Assembly: GCA_964533935.1 (NCBI GenBank)
Contig: CAZHOG010000001.1
Coordinates: forward strand, 35,702-99,701
Reading direction: 5' to 3'
Origin: an uncultured Muribaculaceae bacterium
GTDB lineage: Bacteria > Bacillota_I > Bacilli_A > RF39 > UBA660
DNA length: 64,000 nucleotides
The translations under genes were made by a program, and so were the position numbers. Under the pieces are notes generated by a model. That model did no database searches. It was not told the origin of the DNA and saw only the letters and a list, made by a program, of their open reading frames with translations. Position 1 is the stretch's first letter, and every line of letters begins with the position of its first letter. This document shows positions 52,247-62,400 of this stretch, piece after piece.

Positions 52247-53179
52247 CTATTTTACTTTCTTATTTTTAAATTCTTCTTTATTTATCCCGTTTAAAAAGTC
52301 TTTTATCTCCATAGTTTTTTTACCAAACGGTTTAATTTTAGTAATATATATAATTCCATCTTTACAAGTTATACCAAAATGGCTTTTATCAATTATAATT
52401 TTATTTATTTCATTAATATTACTTTTAACAAAATATGCTTCTAATATTTTATATTCAATATCATCTATTATCATATTAGCAAGTGGCCAAGAGTATAATC
52501 CTCTAATTTTATTAATAATATTTTGGCCATTATTATCAAAAGATATTTTTTCTTCATCACGAGTAATATTATAAGCATATGTTGCTGCAGTATCATTTTG
52601 TTTAACTCTATTATTAGTACCATTAATTATACTAGGAAGAGTTTCTATAAGTAAATTGGCACCTAAGACTGATAACTTATCAAATAAAATTTCTGTAGTA
52701 TCCTCATCATTTATAATAATTTCTTTACTAGAAATAATATCTCCTGTATCCATATTTTTATCCATATACATGATAGTAACACCAGTACTACTATCACCAT
52801 TAATTTTTGCCCAATGAATTGGAGCACCACCTCTATATTTAGGTAGCAATGAAGCATGAACATTTATACATCCTAATCTTGGTAGATTAATCAATTCTTC
52901 AGGAATTATTTGACCATATGCGCAAGTAATTATTAAATCTGGATTAATACATTTTATAATTTCAAAATCTTTTTTAATACTTTGAGGTTGAAATACTTCA
53001 ATATTATTATTTATTGCAACATCTTTTACAGGTGTATTAGTTAATATATGTTTTCTTCCAATTTCTTTATCTGGTTGAGAAACAACTAATGCAACATTAT
53101 AATTATTATCTATTAAACTTTGTAAAACATTACATGCAAAATCTGGAGTTCCCATAAATACAATTTTTAGATTTTCCAT
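52247..53179 (-). CDS. fmt: Methionyl-tRNA formyltransferase
   Basis: It has the N-terminal formyltransferase fold (IVFMGTPDFA ... SLLPKYRGGAPI) and a C-terminal domain. Confidence 0.9.
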   Translation of the reverse strand: MENLKIVFMGTPDFACNVLQSLIDNNYNVALVVSQPDKEIGRKHILTNTPVKDVAINNNIEVFQPQSIKKDFEIIKCINPDLIITCAYGQIIPEELINLPRLGCINVHASLLPKYRGGAPIHWAKINGDSSTGVTIMYMDKNMDTGDIISSKEIIINDEDTTEILFDKLSVLGANLLIETLPSIINGTNNRVKQNDTAATYAYNITRDEEKISFDNNGQNIINKIRGLYSWPLANMIIDDIEYKILEAYFVKSNINEINKIIIDKSHFGITCKDGIIYITKIKPFGKKTMEIKDFLNGINKEEFKNKKVK

Positions 53180-53238
53180 TTTATCACCATAAATATTATA
53201 TCATGAAGTAAATAAAAAAGAAAATATATACATATTTT

Positions 53239-54473
53239 CTATAGTTTATTTATTTCAATCAAAGCTTTACCAAATGTTGTATTACCACAATTATTATTGT
53301 AATATCCATCACACCCTGAAAGGTTTGGAGCTAATCTATTACTTTTATCTATTCTCCAAGCACTTGTAGTATCAGTAGATTTAGCATTCATTGTCCATAT
53401 ATTTTCTCCATTATTTATCCATTTTGGACAACTATCAGCTGTTTCACTACATCCTAATTTAGCTGCTTCTTGGACAGTAATAATTCTTGCTAAAACATTA
53501 TTTTTTTCAAGATTATAAGTGTTACTTGAACAAATATTATAATTTGAACAACCCGTATATTTATTAGTTGCAAATACTGTAGTACCCATGTTGTATGACA
53601 TTGCATTAACATTACTCCAAGAAGATGTACTAGACTCTATTGCATTTAAAACTCCATAAGGCCCATTTGCAGTACTTGAATTATTAACATTTGACCATGA
53701 AACATTACTAGTAGTATTTTCAATTTGCTGAATTCTCATTGTCTCACCATCATCAAATAAAACATTAAAAGCTTTTTCGGCATTTTCATTTACTTCATAA
53801 AGAATAATTGTACCAGCTTTACAGCTATTAGCATCAAGATTACGATAGCATTTAGTTACTTCACATGTTTCTTCACTACCATTAACACAATAAGTACTAG
53901 ACGTGCTATCGTCATTGTAATTATATGCTGCTACTATATTTTTATTTTTAACAGCTACTTTATCAGCACTTTCATTATCTATTCCTAAAGTTCCTTCAAA
54001 ACTACATCCTTGACTATTTTGTTCTTCATCTTTATTAACAAATGTTATCTCCATTGAATAATTTTCTATGGTATTTGCTGGAATATCTAATTCATATAAA
54101 ATATATGTTCTTCCATCTTTCGTAACTGGCATTTTTCTCGTGCCAGTGATTAAATCTTCACCATTTTTATAGTATATACCAAATCATCATTAAATGTATT
54201 TATTATCCCATCAATATAAATATTAAATTTCATATCAATGTTATTAGTATTTTCTACACTAAATGTTTTAATAAATGATTGACCAGGTAGTATTCCTTCA
54301 ACATCTATTTCAGCCTCTCCTGTAAAAACTAATTCTAAGTTCCCGGCTTTAACAATAGTTTTAGTTTTATTAATTTCTTGAATTTTTGCAGTAAAATACG
54401 AAAAAGTAACTCCTAAAGCAATAACTAAAAATATAACAATAATTGATAAAGCAGTAATAATTTTTTTACTCAT
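53239..54473 (-). pseudogene. TasA/camelysin-like secreted protein gene (paralog B) disrupted by a frameshift
   Basis: ORF 54150..54473 (signal anchor plus the TasA-like motif GVTFSYFTAKIQEINKTKTIVKAGNLELVFTG) and ORF 53239..54132 are consecutive parts of one protein in two frames. I judged this by alignment to the 60078..62339 product. The frame switch maps to the A5/T5 tract at 54164-54168. The C-terminal domain is shared with the 24661 paralog. Confidence 0.55.
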
Positions 54474-54535
54474 CTAACATCTCTCCTATTATTAATATAA
54501 TAGTTTTTTACTAATTTTGCAAGGCAAAATAAAAC

Positions 54536-56764
54536 TTAAATCTTAGTTGGATTTAAGTCTATTTCTAAATTAACTTTTGTATTTGAATTAAATATATCTT
54601 GTAATTCCTTTAAAGTCTCAATTAATTTATCATCAAAACGATATTTTATAATAATTTGAAATCTATAAATATTATTAAATTTAAATACTGCTGCAGTACT
54701 TGGCCCAAGAATAATAGATGTTTTATCAATATTATTTTTCAAATAATTTGCAACATTAGTAGCTTCTTTACTCGCTTCTTCATAATACTTACTTGCAATT
54801 TTTATTGTCATCAAATAATAGTATGGTGGATATTTTAGTGTTTTTCTAATGTTCATCTCATAATTATAAAAAGCTTCAAAATCATTATTTACAACACATT
54901 TTAAAGTATAATTATCAGGATTAAATGTCTGAATAATTACTTCACCAGGATATTCACTTCTTCCAGCTCTTCCAGAAGTTTGATGTAATAATTCAAATGT
55001 TCTTTGATTAGCCTTATAATCCGGAATATTTAAAGTAGTATCGGCATTAATAATACCTACTAAAGTAACTTTAGGAAAATCTAGTCCTTTACTAATCATT
55101 TGGGTACCAAGTAAAATATCATATTCATAATTCTGAAAATCATTTATTATTTTCTCATGGGATCCTTTTCTTGATGTTGTATCCATATCCATTCTAACAA
55201 CTCTTGCTGTTGGAAACATTTTATTTATTTGATTTTCTAATTTTTCAGTACCTAATCCTAAGAAAGTAAGATCATCATTTTTACAATTTGGGCAAATATC
55301 AGGTTTAAAAATAGCATACCCGCAATAATGACAACGCAACATATTAGAAGATTTATGATATGTTAATGATATATCACAATGTGGACATTTAAAAGTATAA
55401 CCACATTGAGAACAATTAATGAAAGTTGAAAAACCTCGACGATTTAATAATAATATAATTTGTTCTTTCTTTTCTAAACGTTCATTTATTTTTTCTTTTA
55501 ACAAATCAGAAATAACAACATTTCTTTTTTTCATTTCTAATTCCATATTAACGATATAACATTTAGGTAGTACAGCACTACCAACTCGCTTTTTCATTTC
55601 AATTAATTTATAGATATTTTTTCTTGCTTTTGCTAAATCAGTTAATTCAGGAGTAGCACTTCCCATAATTAAAGGAATATCGTAATATTTAGCTCTATAA
55701 TTTGCTATGTCTTTAGCATTATATCTAGGAACATTATCTTGCTTATAAGTATCTGAATGTTCTTCATCAATAATTATTACGCCAAGGTTTGTAAATGGTG
55801 CAAATATAGCACTTCTAGTACCAATTACAATACTTACTTCTTTTCGCTCAATTTTTCGCCATTCATCATATTTTTCACCATTGGATAATCCACTATGTAA
55901 AATTGCTACTTTATTTCCAAAACGAGCAATAAATTTATCAACAAATTGTGGTGTTAAACTAATTTCAGGAACCAACATAATTGCTTCTTTATTATTTTCT
56001 AATACTTTTGCAATAATTTGCATATATACTTCTGTTTTTCCACTACCAGTAATTCCATGAATCAAATAGGTATCAAATTTATTAATATTTTTTACAATAG
56101 TATCATAAGCTATTTGTTGTTCATCTGTCATTTTATTTTTTGTATATTCATTATTATTTGTTTTGTTGTAACGATAACTTTCAACCTCAATTTCTCTAAT
56201 AACTTCGTTTTTAATCAAGCTATTAACTGAAGACAAAGAAATCAATGTTCCTTCACTCTTTAATAATCTATTACAAGAATCAATTGCATTAACTATTTCA
56301 AGTTGATTATTATTTTTACATTTTTTCAAAGCATCTGCTAAAGGATAATTCAATTCAAGATATTTTATCTTTTTCATATTAATATTTGTCCCATTTTTTG
56401 CTTTTAAAGCTGTTGGAAGCATACACTCATATGCACTTATTAAACTACATAATGTTGATTCTGATATATATTTTCCTAATTCAATTAATTCAGGATTTAA
56501 AACAGGATTATCATCTATAATACTGATTATTTCTTTTACTTCTAAATCATCTGAAATATTATCTTTTATATCTAAAATAAAGCCTTCAACTTCTTGTCTA
56601 CCAAATGAAACTAATACTCTTTTACCAATTTTTGCATCTAGCTTAATACTATCCGGTATTTTATAATCAAAGGTCTTAGAAATGTTTTTACTTTTTATTT
56701 CAACTAATACACTTGCATACATAGTAATTACCCTTTCTTTCCTAATTATAGCAAATATTTGCAA
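54536..56764 (-). CDS. priA: Primosomal protein N' (PriA helicase)
   Basis: It has SF2 helicase motifs (GITGSGKTEVY; DEEH) and a Cys4+Cys4 zinc-binding insertion (CSQCGYTFKCPHC ... CHYCGY). The likely start is the internal MYASVLVEI (~56722). Confidence 0.9.
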   Translation of the reverse strand: MQIFAIIRKERVITMYASVLVEIKSKNISKTFDYKIPDSIKLDAKIGKRVLVSFGRQEVEGFILDIKDNISDDLEVKEIISIIDDNPVLNPELIELGKYISESTLCSLISAYECMLPTALKAKNGTNINMKKIKYLELNYPLADALKKCKNNNQLEIVNAIDSCNRLLKSEGTLISLSSVNSLIKNEVIREIEVESYRYNKTNNNEYTKNKMTDEQQIAYDTIVKNINKFDTYLIHGITGSGKTEVYMQIIAKVLENNKEAIMLVPEISLTPQFVDKFIARFGNKVAILHSGLSNGEKYDEWRKIERKEVSIVIGTRSAIFAPFTNLGVIIIDEEHSDTYKQDNVPRYNAKDIANYRAKYYDIPLIMGSATPELTDLAKARKNIYKLIEMKKRVGSAVLPKCYIVNMELEMKKRNVVISDLLKEKINERLEKKEQIILLLNRRGFSTFINCSQCGYTFKCPHCDISLTYHKSSNMLRCHYCGYAIFKPDICPNCKNDDLTFLGLGTEKLENQINKMFPTARVVRMDMDTTSRKGSHEKIINDFQNYEYDILLGTQMISKGLDFPKVTLVGIINADTTLNIPDYKANQRTFELLHQTSGRAGRSEYPGEVIIQTFNPDNYTLKCVVNNDFEAFYNYEMNIRKTLKYPPYYYLMTIKIASKYYEEASKEATNVANYLKNNIDKTSIILGPSTAAVFKFNNIYRFQIIIKYRFDDKLIETLKELQDIFNSNTKVNLEIDLNPTKI

Positions 56765-56812
56765 ATATTATAATAATATGTTAATATATGTAACCAAGAA
56801 AAGAGGGAAAAC

Positions 56813-57745
56813 ATGAAAAGTGTGAATGAAATTGAGGAACCAATAGTTGAAAAGCTATTTAACAGTTATAAATATAACTTAAAAAATGCAAGATTAAATG
56901 CTAATGAATTACATGAATATTATAATAGCCAAGTAAATCATCATCAATTACTTACTGAAAAAATATATAATTTAAGAATAATAGATGATTCAAAATATGA
57001 GGTATTAAAACCTATTTGTTTTAATTACGAAACTAACGAATATACATTAAATATGCATTATATAGTGGTTGATTTTTACAAAAAGCATCAAGGTGAAGAG
57101 CAAATATCAATATATGAATTAAATATTCTATTATTAGAATATATTAATAAAATAATCGCTTCAGTTGAATTAAGACGTGGAATAAATAATAATATACTAT
57201 ATAAAAAAGAATCAGAGTTTTATACATATTTAGTTAATGAATACATTGATCCTAGTATTAAATCAATTGTAAGAACAAATTATAATAATATTAGAAAAAT
57301 GCAATTAACATCACATATTATTGATAAATGTACTATGGAATATGGTTTAAATCCATTTGCAAAATTAAACTATGTTCAAAAAATTAATAAGTATATTTAT
57401 AAAAAATTCTTTAATAACGAATATGAATGTCCATCTATGAATGCAAAAGAAAATGAAACTACTTTCTTTAAAATGAGTGATAAAGGATATTTTATTGATA
57501 TAAACAGAAATAAAATGAAACAAACACTTGGAAATGATGTACCTAGCAAATTCGAATATGCCGTTAATCATCAAATGAAACAAAAACCACTTCCTGATCA
57601 AAACTTATTAGATGCTTTATTATATGGAAAAATGATTAATAATGATGTTAAAAATATTATATTAAAAGATGTAATAAATAATATGTCTATAATAGATTAT
57701 GCAGAAGGAACCACTCCATCAAATAATAACATACTTGCAAAATAA
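56813..57745 (+). CDS. Hypothetical protein
   Basis: A 310-aa cytosolic-looking ORF. It is the only plus-strand gene in this 10-kb stretch. No motif was recognised. Confidence 0.4.
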   Translation: MKSVNEIEEPIVEKLFNSYKYNLKNARLNANELHEYYNSQVNHHQLLTEKIYNLRIIDDSKYEVLKPICFNYETNEYTLNMHYIVVDFYKKHQGEEQISIYELNILLLEYINKIIASVELRRGINNNILYKKESEFYTYLVNEYIDPSIKSIVRTNYNNIRKMQLTSHIIDKCTMEYGLNPFAKLNYVQKINKYIYKKFFNNEYECPSMNAKENETTFFKMSDKGYFIDINRNKMKQTLGNDVPSKFEYAVNHQMKQKPLPDQNLLDALLYGKMINNDVKNIILKDVINNMSIIDYAEGTTPSNNNILAK

Positions 57746-57767
57746 AAAGACTGAAATTCAGCCTTTT

Positions 57768-58667
57768 TTATTTTTGCTTTTTATCTTTATCAGACATTAA
57801 TTCTTTTAGAGAAACTCCTAAAGTTGCAATTCCTTGCATATCTGTAGGTACTATAATCTTTGTAGCTTGTCCATTAGCCATATTAGTTAATGCTTCAAAA
57901 CTTTTTAAAGCAAGAACTGATTGATCAGCTTTAGCATCTTTAATTAATTTAATACCTTCTGCTTCAGCTTTTTTAAGTTGTAATACAGCTTCAGCTTCAC
58001 CTTCAGCAATTTTAATTTGAGATTCTTTTTGAGCTTCTGCTCTTAGAATAGCACTTTCTTTTTCTCCTTCAGCAATTAAAATACTAGATTTCTTTTCTCC
58101 TTCAGCACGAAGAATAGATTCTCTTCTTTCACGTTCTGCACGCATTTGTTTTTCCATAGCTTCTTGAATATCTTTTGGAGGAAGAATGTTTTTAACTTCA
58201 ACACGATTAACTTTAATTCCCCATGGATCAGTAGCTTCATCTAATATTGAACGCATTTTAGAATTAATGATATCTCTTGATGTAAGAGTTTGATCTAATT
58301 CAAGTTCTCCAATAATATTACGAAGAGTTGTTGCTGTTAAATTTTCAATAGCATTTATTGGATTTTCAACTCCATAAGTAAATAATTTTGGATCAGTAAT
58401 TTGAAAATAAACTACAGTATCAATTTGCATTGTAACATTATCCATTGTAATAACTGGTTGTGGTGCAAAATCTTTTACTATTTCTTTTAAAGAAACAATA
58501 TTACTAATTCTATCAACAAATGGTATTTTAACATGTAATCCATTATTCCATGTAACAAAATAAGATCCTAATCTTTCAATAACATAACTTTTTGCTTGTG
58601 GTACTACCTTAATATTTGGAAGTACAATAATTGCAACTATAACTAATATAGATATAAAAATTTCCAT
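57768..58667 (-). CDS. SPFH/band-7 (stomatin/flotillin-like) membrane scaffold protein
   Basis: It has an N-terminal TM segment, an SPFH domain (VIERLGSY ... ) and C-terminal AEGE/AEAQ coiled-coil repeats. It is paired with an NfeD gene. Confidence 0.85.
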   Translation of the reverse strand: MEIFISILVIVAIIVLPNIKVVPQAKSYVIERLGSYFVTWNNGLHVKIPFVDRISNIVSLKEIVKDFAPQPVITMDNVTMQIDTVVYFQITDPKLFTYGVENPINAIENLTATTLRNIIGELELDQTLTSRDIINSKMRSILDEATDPWGIKVNRVEVKNILPPKDIQEAMEKQMRAERERRESILRAEGEKKSSILIAEGEKESAILRAEAQKESQIKIAEGEAEAVLQLKKAEAEGIKLIKDAKADQSVLALKSFEALTNMANGQATKIIVPTDMQGIATLGVSLKELMSDKDKKQK

Positions 58668-59093
58668 TTAATTTCCTTCTTTCTCAACAATAAGCTTTAC
58701 TCCACTTATTGCTTTAACCTTTACTTCACTATTTTTTACGATTTTTTCGTTGGCAATAGCACTCCATTTTTTTCCATCAACCTTAACTTCACCAATTGTA
58801 TTTTTATTAATTTCTTCAGTAACTATTCCCATCATTCCAATTACCCTGTCCAAATTTGTTTTATAATTTTTTGGTTTTAGGTATTTAGATAAAATTGGTC
58901 TAGTAGTTATTAATAATATTGTTCCTAAGATTACAAATACTCCGAACTGGATATAAAAACTTTCCACAAAAAATGATAAAACTAATGTAACTATTCCACT
59001 AGCAATAAACCATATTGATACTAGTCCAATAGTACATACTTCTATAATTGTAAGTGCCAAAATAATTATTAACCATACAACCCATAAATCCAT
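58668..59093 (-). CDS. NfeD-family membrane protein (short form with an OB-fold C-terminus)
   Basis: It has two or three TM helices and then a beta-rich C-terminal domain. It lies immediately upstream of the SPFH gene, with zero spacing. Confidence 0.7.
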   Translation of the reverse strand: MDLWVVWLIIILALTIIEVCTIGLVSIWFIASGIVTLVLSFFVESFYIQFGVFVILGTILLITTRPILSKYLKPKNYKTNLDRVIGMMGIVTEEINKNTIGEVKVDGKKWSAIANEKIVKNSEVKVKAISGVKLIVEKEGN

Positions 59094-59155
59094 ATACTTC
59101 TCTCCTTATGTTCATTATACTAAAATGTATTTAAAAAGCAATAAAATATTCATAT

Positions 59156-60013
59156 TTATTGCCTTTTTAAAGTTAATTTATTTTTATTCTTATAGAAATT
59201 CTTTTTACTAGAAATTTCTTCTATTAATGATTTGATTAAAACACTTTTATTTTTATTTTTAATTACTATATTTAAATATTTATCTCCAAATTTATAACTA
59301 GCTTGAGTATAACAAATAATACTATACATAAGCATTATAATATTCTTATTTTCTTCATCTATTTCTAATTTATTGCAATATTCATCCAATGATAAATTTT
59401 CTTTTGAGGCTTTTTCTATTAATGAATAAATAATTTCTATATTAAAATGATCAAAAACGTCAAAATCAAAATTATCTTCTTCAAAATCAAATGTTTCTTT
59501 TCTATTTAATTCTGATGTTCTAGAAATTTCATTTAATATTCCAGAAAAATCATATGGTTTTTCAGTATTTTTAGAAATCATATCTGCTAATTGAAAAAAC
59601 TGATAAGCATTATCATTATCACCAATATAATAATAACAAAATGCAATACTTGCACAAATGTATGCATTTGGTTTATTAAAGAAAGAAAATATTTTAAGAT
59701 ATCCATCTAAAGCCTTTTTATAATTCTTTTTATAAAATAAAATATTAGATTCTTTATAAATTTTTGATGCCAAATTTCTATCTTCAACTATTTCATTATA
59801 TTTCAAAACAATCTTTTTATTAGTTCCATCATCAATGGTAAAAGCATTGATATTATCCTTTTCATGAGCAACTTTATAGAATAATTTTCTGTCTTTAGTA
59901 TTTTTTGCTTCAAATAATATAAAACTTTTATTATCTATTATATATTCACAACAACTATCAAAAAAATCCATATTTTCCATGCAATCACTTCTCTCGTAGA
60001 AAATATAATACAA
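59156..60013 (-). CDS. Hypothetical protein (possible TPR-like helical repeats)
   Basis: A 285-aa ORF with no confident motif. The central region has TPR-like Tyr/Ala spacing (KALDGYLKIFSFFNKPNAYICASIAFCYYYIGDNDNAYQFF). Confidence 0.35.
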   Translation of the reverse strand: MYYIFYERSDCMENMDFFDSCCEYIIDNKSFILFEAKNTKDRKLFYKVAHEKDNINAFTIDDGTNKKIVLKYNEIVEDRNLASKIYKESNILFYKKNYKKALDGYLKIFSFFNKPNAYICASIAFCYYYIGDNDNAYQFFQLADMISKNTEKPYDFSGILNEISRTSELNRKETFDFEEDNFDFDVFDHFNIEIIYSLIEKASKENLSLDEYCNKLEIDEENKNIIMLMYSIICYTQASYKFGDKYLNIVIKNKNKSVLIKSLIEEISSKKNFYKNKNKLTLKRQ

Positions 60014-60077
60014 TATTTACATTGTACATTGCAAGAAAAAAAGAATAGATTATATCTATTCTTTTAAAAGCATATTT

Positions 60078-62339
60078 CTATTCCCATGTAAATATTGGAT
60101 ATCCGTTATTTACATTATTACTATCATTTTTGAAAGCTGATCCCAATGTTGCGGATATTTTTTTCATATTTTCATTTGATGTTGAACCGACAGAATTTTT
60201 TGTAGGAGTTACAGCGTATTGAGTACTAGAATTTAAATAATAATTATTATTTATATTAACGGATTTAATAGTATTCCCCTGTAATCCTAATATTGCACCA
60301 ACATATTGATTATTAACTTCAGAAACATTTCCAACATTATAATTATTATATAAACTTAATGCCATTCCAGCATCATTATCAAAATTTGCAACTATTCCTC
60401 CAGCATCCATACCAGATGCAGTTATACTTCCCATATTATAATTATTATATATTTTTACTAATGAATCTCCTGGATTGTTCCACATATTTGCAACTATTCC
60501 AGCAATATGACCGTACCCAGAAATTTCGCCAACATTTTTATTTTCATAAACATTTAAAGTTTCAGTTAACGTACTTATATTGGCTATTATTCCCCCACAT
60601 CCGTAATTATTTGAATTTGAAATACTAATTGTTTTCTTATTTATATTTTTATTAACATTTATATTTTTTGAAGCAAAAATTCCACTTATTATACCTGAAG
60701 CTCCAGAATTCTTAGCAACTATTATTCCATTATTTATATTTTGACTAACAGTTACTGAATTAGCATTATTTATATATGCAAGTATTCCTGAAGAATATTG
60801 ATTATTAGCAGTAATTTTAGCATTATTAACATTATTTTTCATAGTTAAATTAGAAATATTAATATTATATGCTAAAATTCCACTCGCAAAAGTATTTGCT
60901 ATAATTTCACCATTATTTGTGCAATTCTCTATTAAAACATTATCTGAATTATTACTGTTTGCAACTATTCCACTTGCAGTATTTGCTTCACTTTTGATTA
61001 CTGCATTGTTAATTGAATTTCTAATAATAGAATTAGTTCCAGCATACCATACTAATCCTGCCGCATCATCTCCTGAAGTTTTTACTGAAATATTATTAGT
61101 ACAATTTTCAATTGTTCCATATAGTTTTTGAACAAGACCAGCAGAAGTTTTACTTGCTGTTATTTCACCATCAATTGTTAAATTTTTTATAACAGATTTG
61201 TTATCTATAGATGTAAAAAATGCTTGAGCTGAAGAATCAGGTTTGTTTATATAGATTCCACTAATTTTTTTATTATTTCCATCAAATATTCCACTATAAT
61301 TTTCAATTGGTACCCATTGGTTTGAATTTGAACCGTTTAAATTAATATCATTTATTAATTTAACATTAACTGAATTATTAGTTTTTATTTTTTCTTTAAA
61401 CCAATTGATATCATTTATACCTCTAATTTCATAAATATTATTATTAGAAACAGGTTCTAAATATTTTAAATCAGCCATTATCTTTAAATAAAAATTATTA
61501 TTTGCTAACAATTTAATGTTATCAGAATTAGCTTGCCTTTCATTATTCATAATGGTAATTTCATATGTATCATTTTCATCCGCTTTTAATAGTTGACTTT
61601 TTATAAAATAATCATCATTTATATTTTGATTTTCTAAAATGGTCAATCCATTTTTTGATAAATTATACGTTAAATTATTCCCATATTCATTTTCAATACT
61701 TCCAAATTTAAGATTATAAATTTTATCTTGATTAGTTACATTTGAAACTTCAAAAGATACGTTTTTAGAATTGCCACTAGTAAAATTTGAAATTGAAATT
61801 TCATCAGATGATACCACTATAGAATTAATTTTTTTAGTATCAACGCCTAAAGTTGCACTAAATATTTTACCTTGTAAATTATTTTGATCAGTATCACTAT
61901 TTTTAAATGTTATTTTTAATATATATGACTTAATTTTCCCCGCCTCAATAGTAATATTTGTATTAATATAAGTTTTTCCAGTAACACTATTTGGCGTCTT
62001 TCTCTCAGATATTATTTTTCCAGTTTCATCAGCTAATTCATATACTAAATCTTCATTAAATTCATTTGTAATATTTTCCATATAGATATTATAATCTACT
62101 GCTATATTACTTGTATTCTCTACTGTAAATGTTTTAGTAAATGAATCTCCAGGAACTATTCCAGATACATTTATTTCTTGTCCACCTGTATATGTTAAAG
62201 TTAATTTATTTGTTTTAACTACTGTTTGTGACTCATTTATTCTATTTACATTGGCACTATAGAATGCATATGTTACACCCGCTACAAGAGCTACTACTAC
62301 AAATATACTTGCTACTATTAATACTATTTTTTTCTTCAT
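60078..62339 (-). CDS. Large secreted protein with a TasA/camelysin-like N-terminal domain and a long array of GLUG repeats (beta-helix) (paralog C)
   Basis: Its N-terminus (VALVAGVTYAFYSANVNRINESQTVVKTNKLTLTYTGGQEINVSGIVPGDSFTKTFTVENTSNIAVDYNIY) parallels the TasA signal and mature N-terminus (GGTWAAFND ... NLKPGDKLTKDFQFENNGSLAIK). Residues ~380-700 hold repeated ~22-aa units ending in xSGI(V/L)A or AGGIVAN, which is the GLUG motif. Confidence 0.6.
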   Translation of the reverse strand: MKKKIVLIVASIFVVVALVAGVTYAFYSANVNRINESQTVVKTNKLTLTYTGGQEINVSGIVPGDSFTKTFTVENTSNIAVDYNIYMENITNEFNEDLVYELADETGKIISERKTPNSVTGKTYINTNITIEAGKIKSYILKITFKNSDTDQNNLQGKIFSATLGVDTKKINSIVVSSDEISISNFTSGNSKNVSFEVSNVTNQDKIYNLKFGSIENEYGNNLTYNLSKNGLTILENQNINDDYFIKSQLLKADENDTYEITIMNNERQANSDNIKLLANNNFYLKIMADLKYLEPVSNNNIYEIRGINDINWFKEKIKTNNSVNVKLINDINLNGSNSNQWVPIENYSGIFDGNNKKISGIYINKPDSSAQAFFTSIDNKSVIKNLTIDGEITASKTSAGLVQKLYGTIENCTNNISVKTSGDDAAGLVWYAGTNSIIRNSINNAVIKSEANTASGIVANSNNSDNVLIENCTNNGEIIANTFASGILAYNINISNLTMKNNVNNAKITANNQYSSGILAYINNANSVTVSQNINNGIIVAKNSGASGIISGIFASKNINVNKNINKKTISISNSNNYGCGGIIANISTLTETLNVYENKNVGEISGYGHIAGIVANMWNNPGDSLVKIYNNYNMGSITASGMDAGGIVANFDNDAGMALSLYNNYNVGNVSEVNNQYVGAILGLQGNTIKSVNINNNYYLNSSTQYAVTPTKNSVGSTSNENMKKISATLGSAFKNDSNNVNNGYPIFTWE

Positions 62340-62400
62340 ATTACCAACTCTATTCTCATATTTATTTTAGCAAAAAATTAGCAATTAAAAAAGAGTAAAA

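Noticed and set aside
54656-56230. Plus-strand ORFs (54656..54838, 56018..56230) inside priA
   Set aside because: They are antisense within priA.
57365-57601. A 78-aa minus-strand ORF inside the 310-aa plus-strand gene
   Set aside because: It is shorter and has lower coding plausibility than the plus-strand ORF it overlaps.
60359-61131. Plus-strand ORFs antisense to the GLUG repeat gene
   Set aside because: They are artefacts of the repeat region on the opposite strand.
60300-61300. A possible CRISPR-like or tandem DNA repeat array
   Set aside because: The periodicity comes from protein-level GLUG repeats in one long ORF. The units are degenerate and unspaced, unlike CRISPR repeat-spacer structure.
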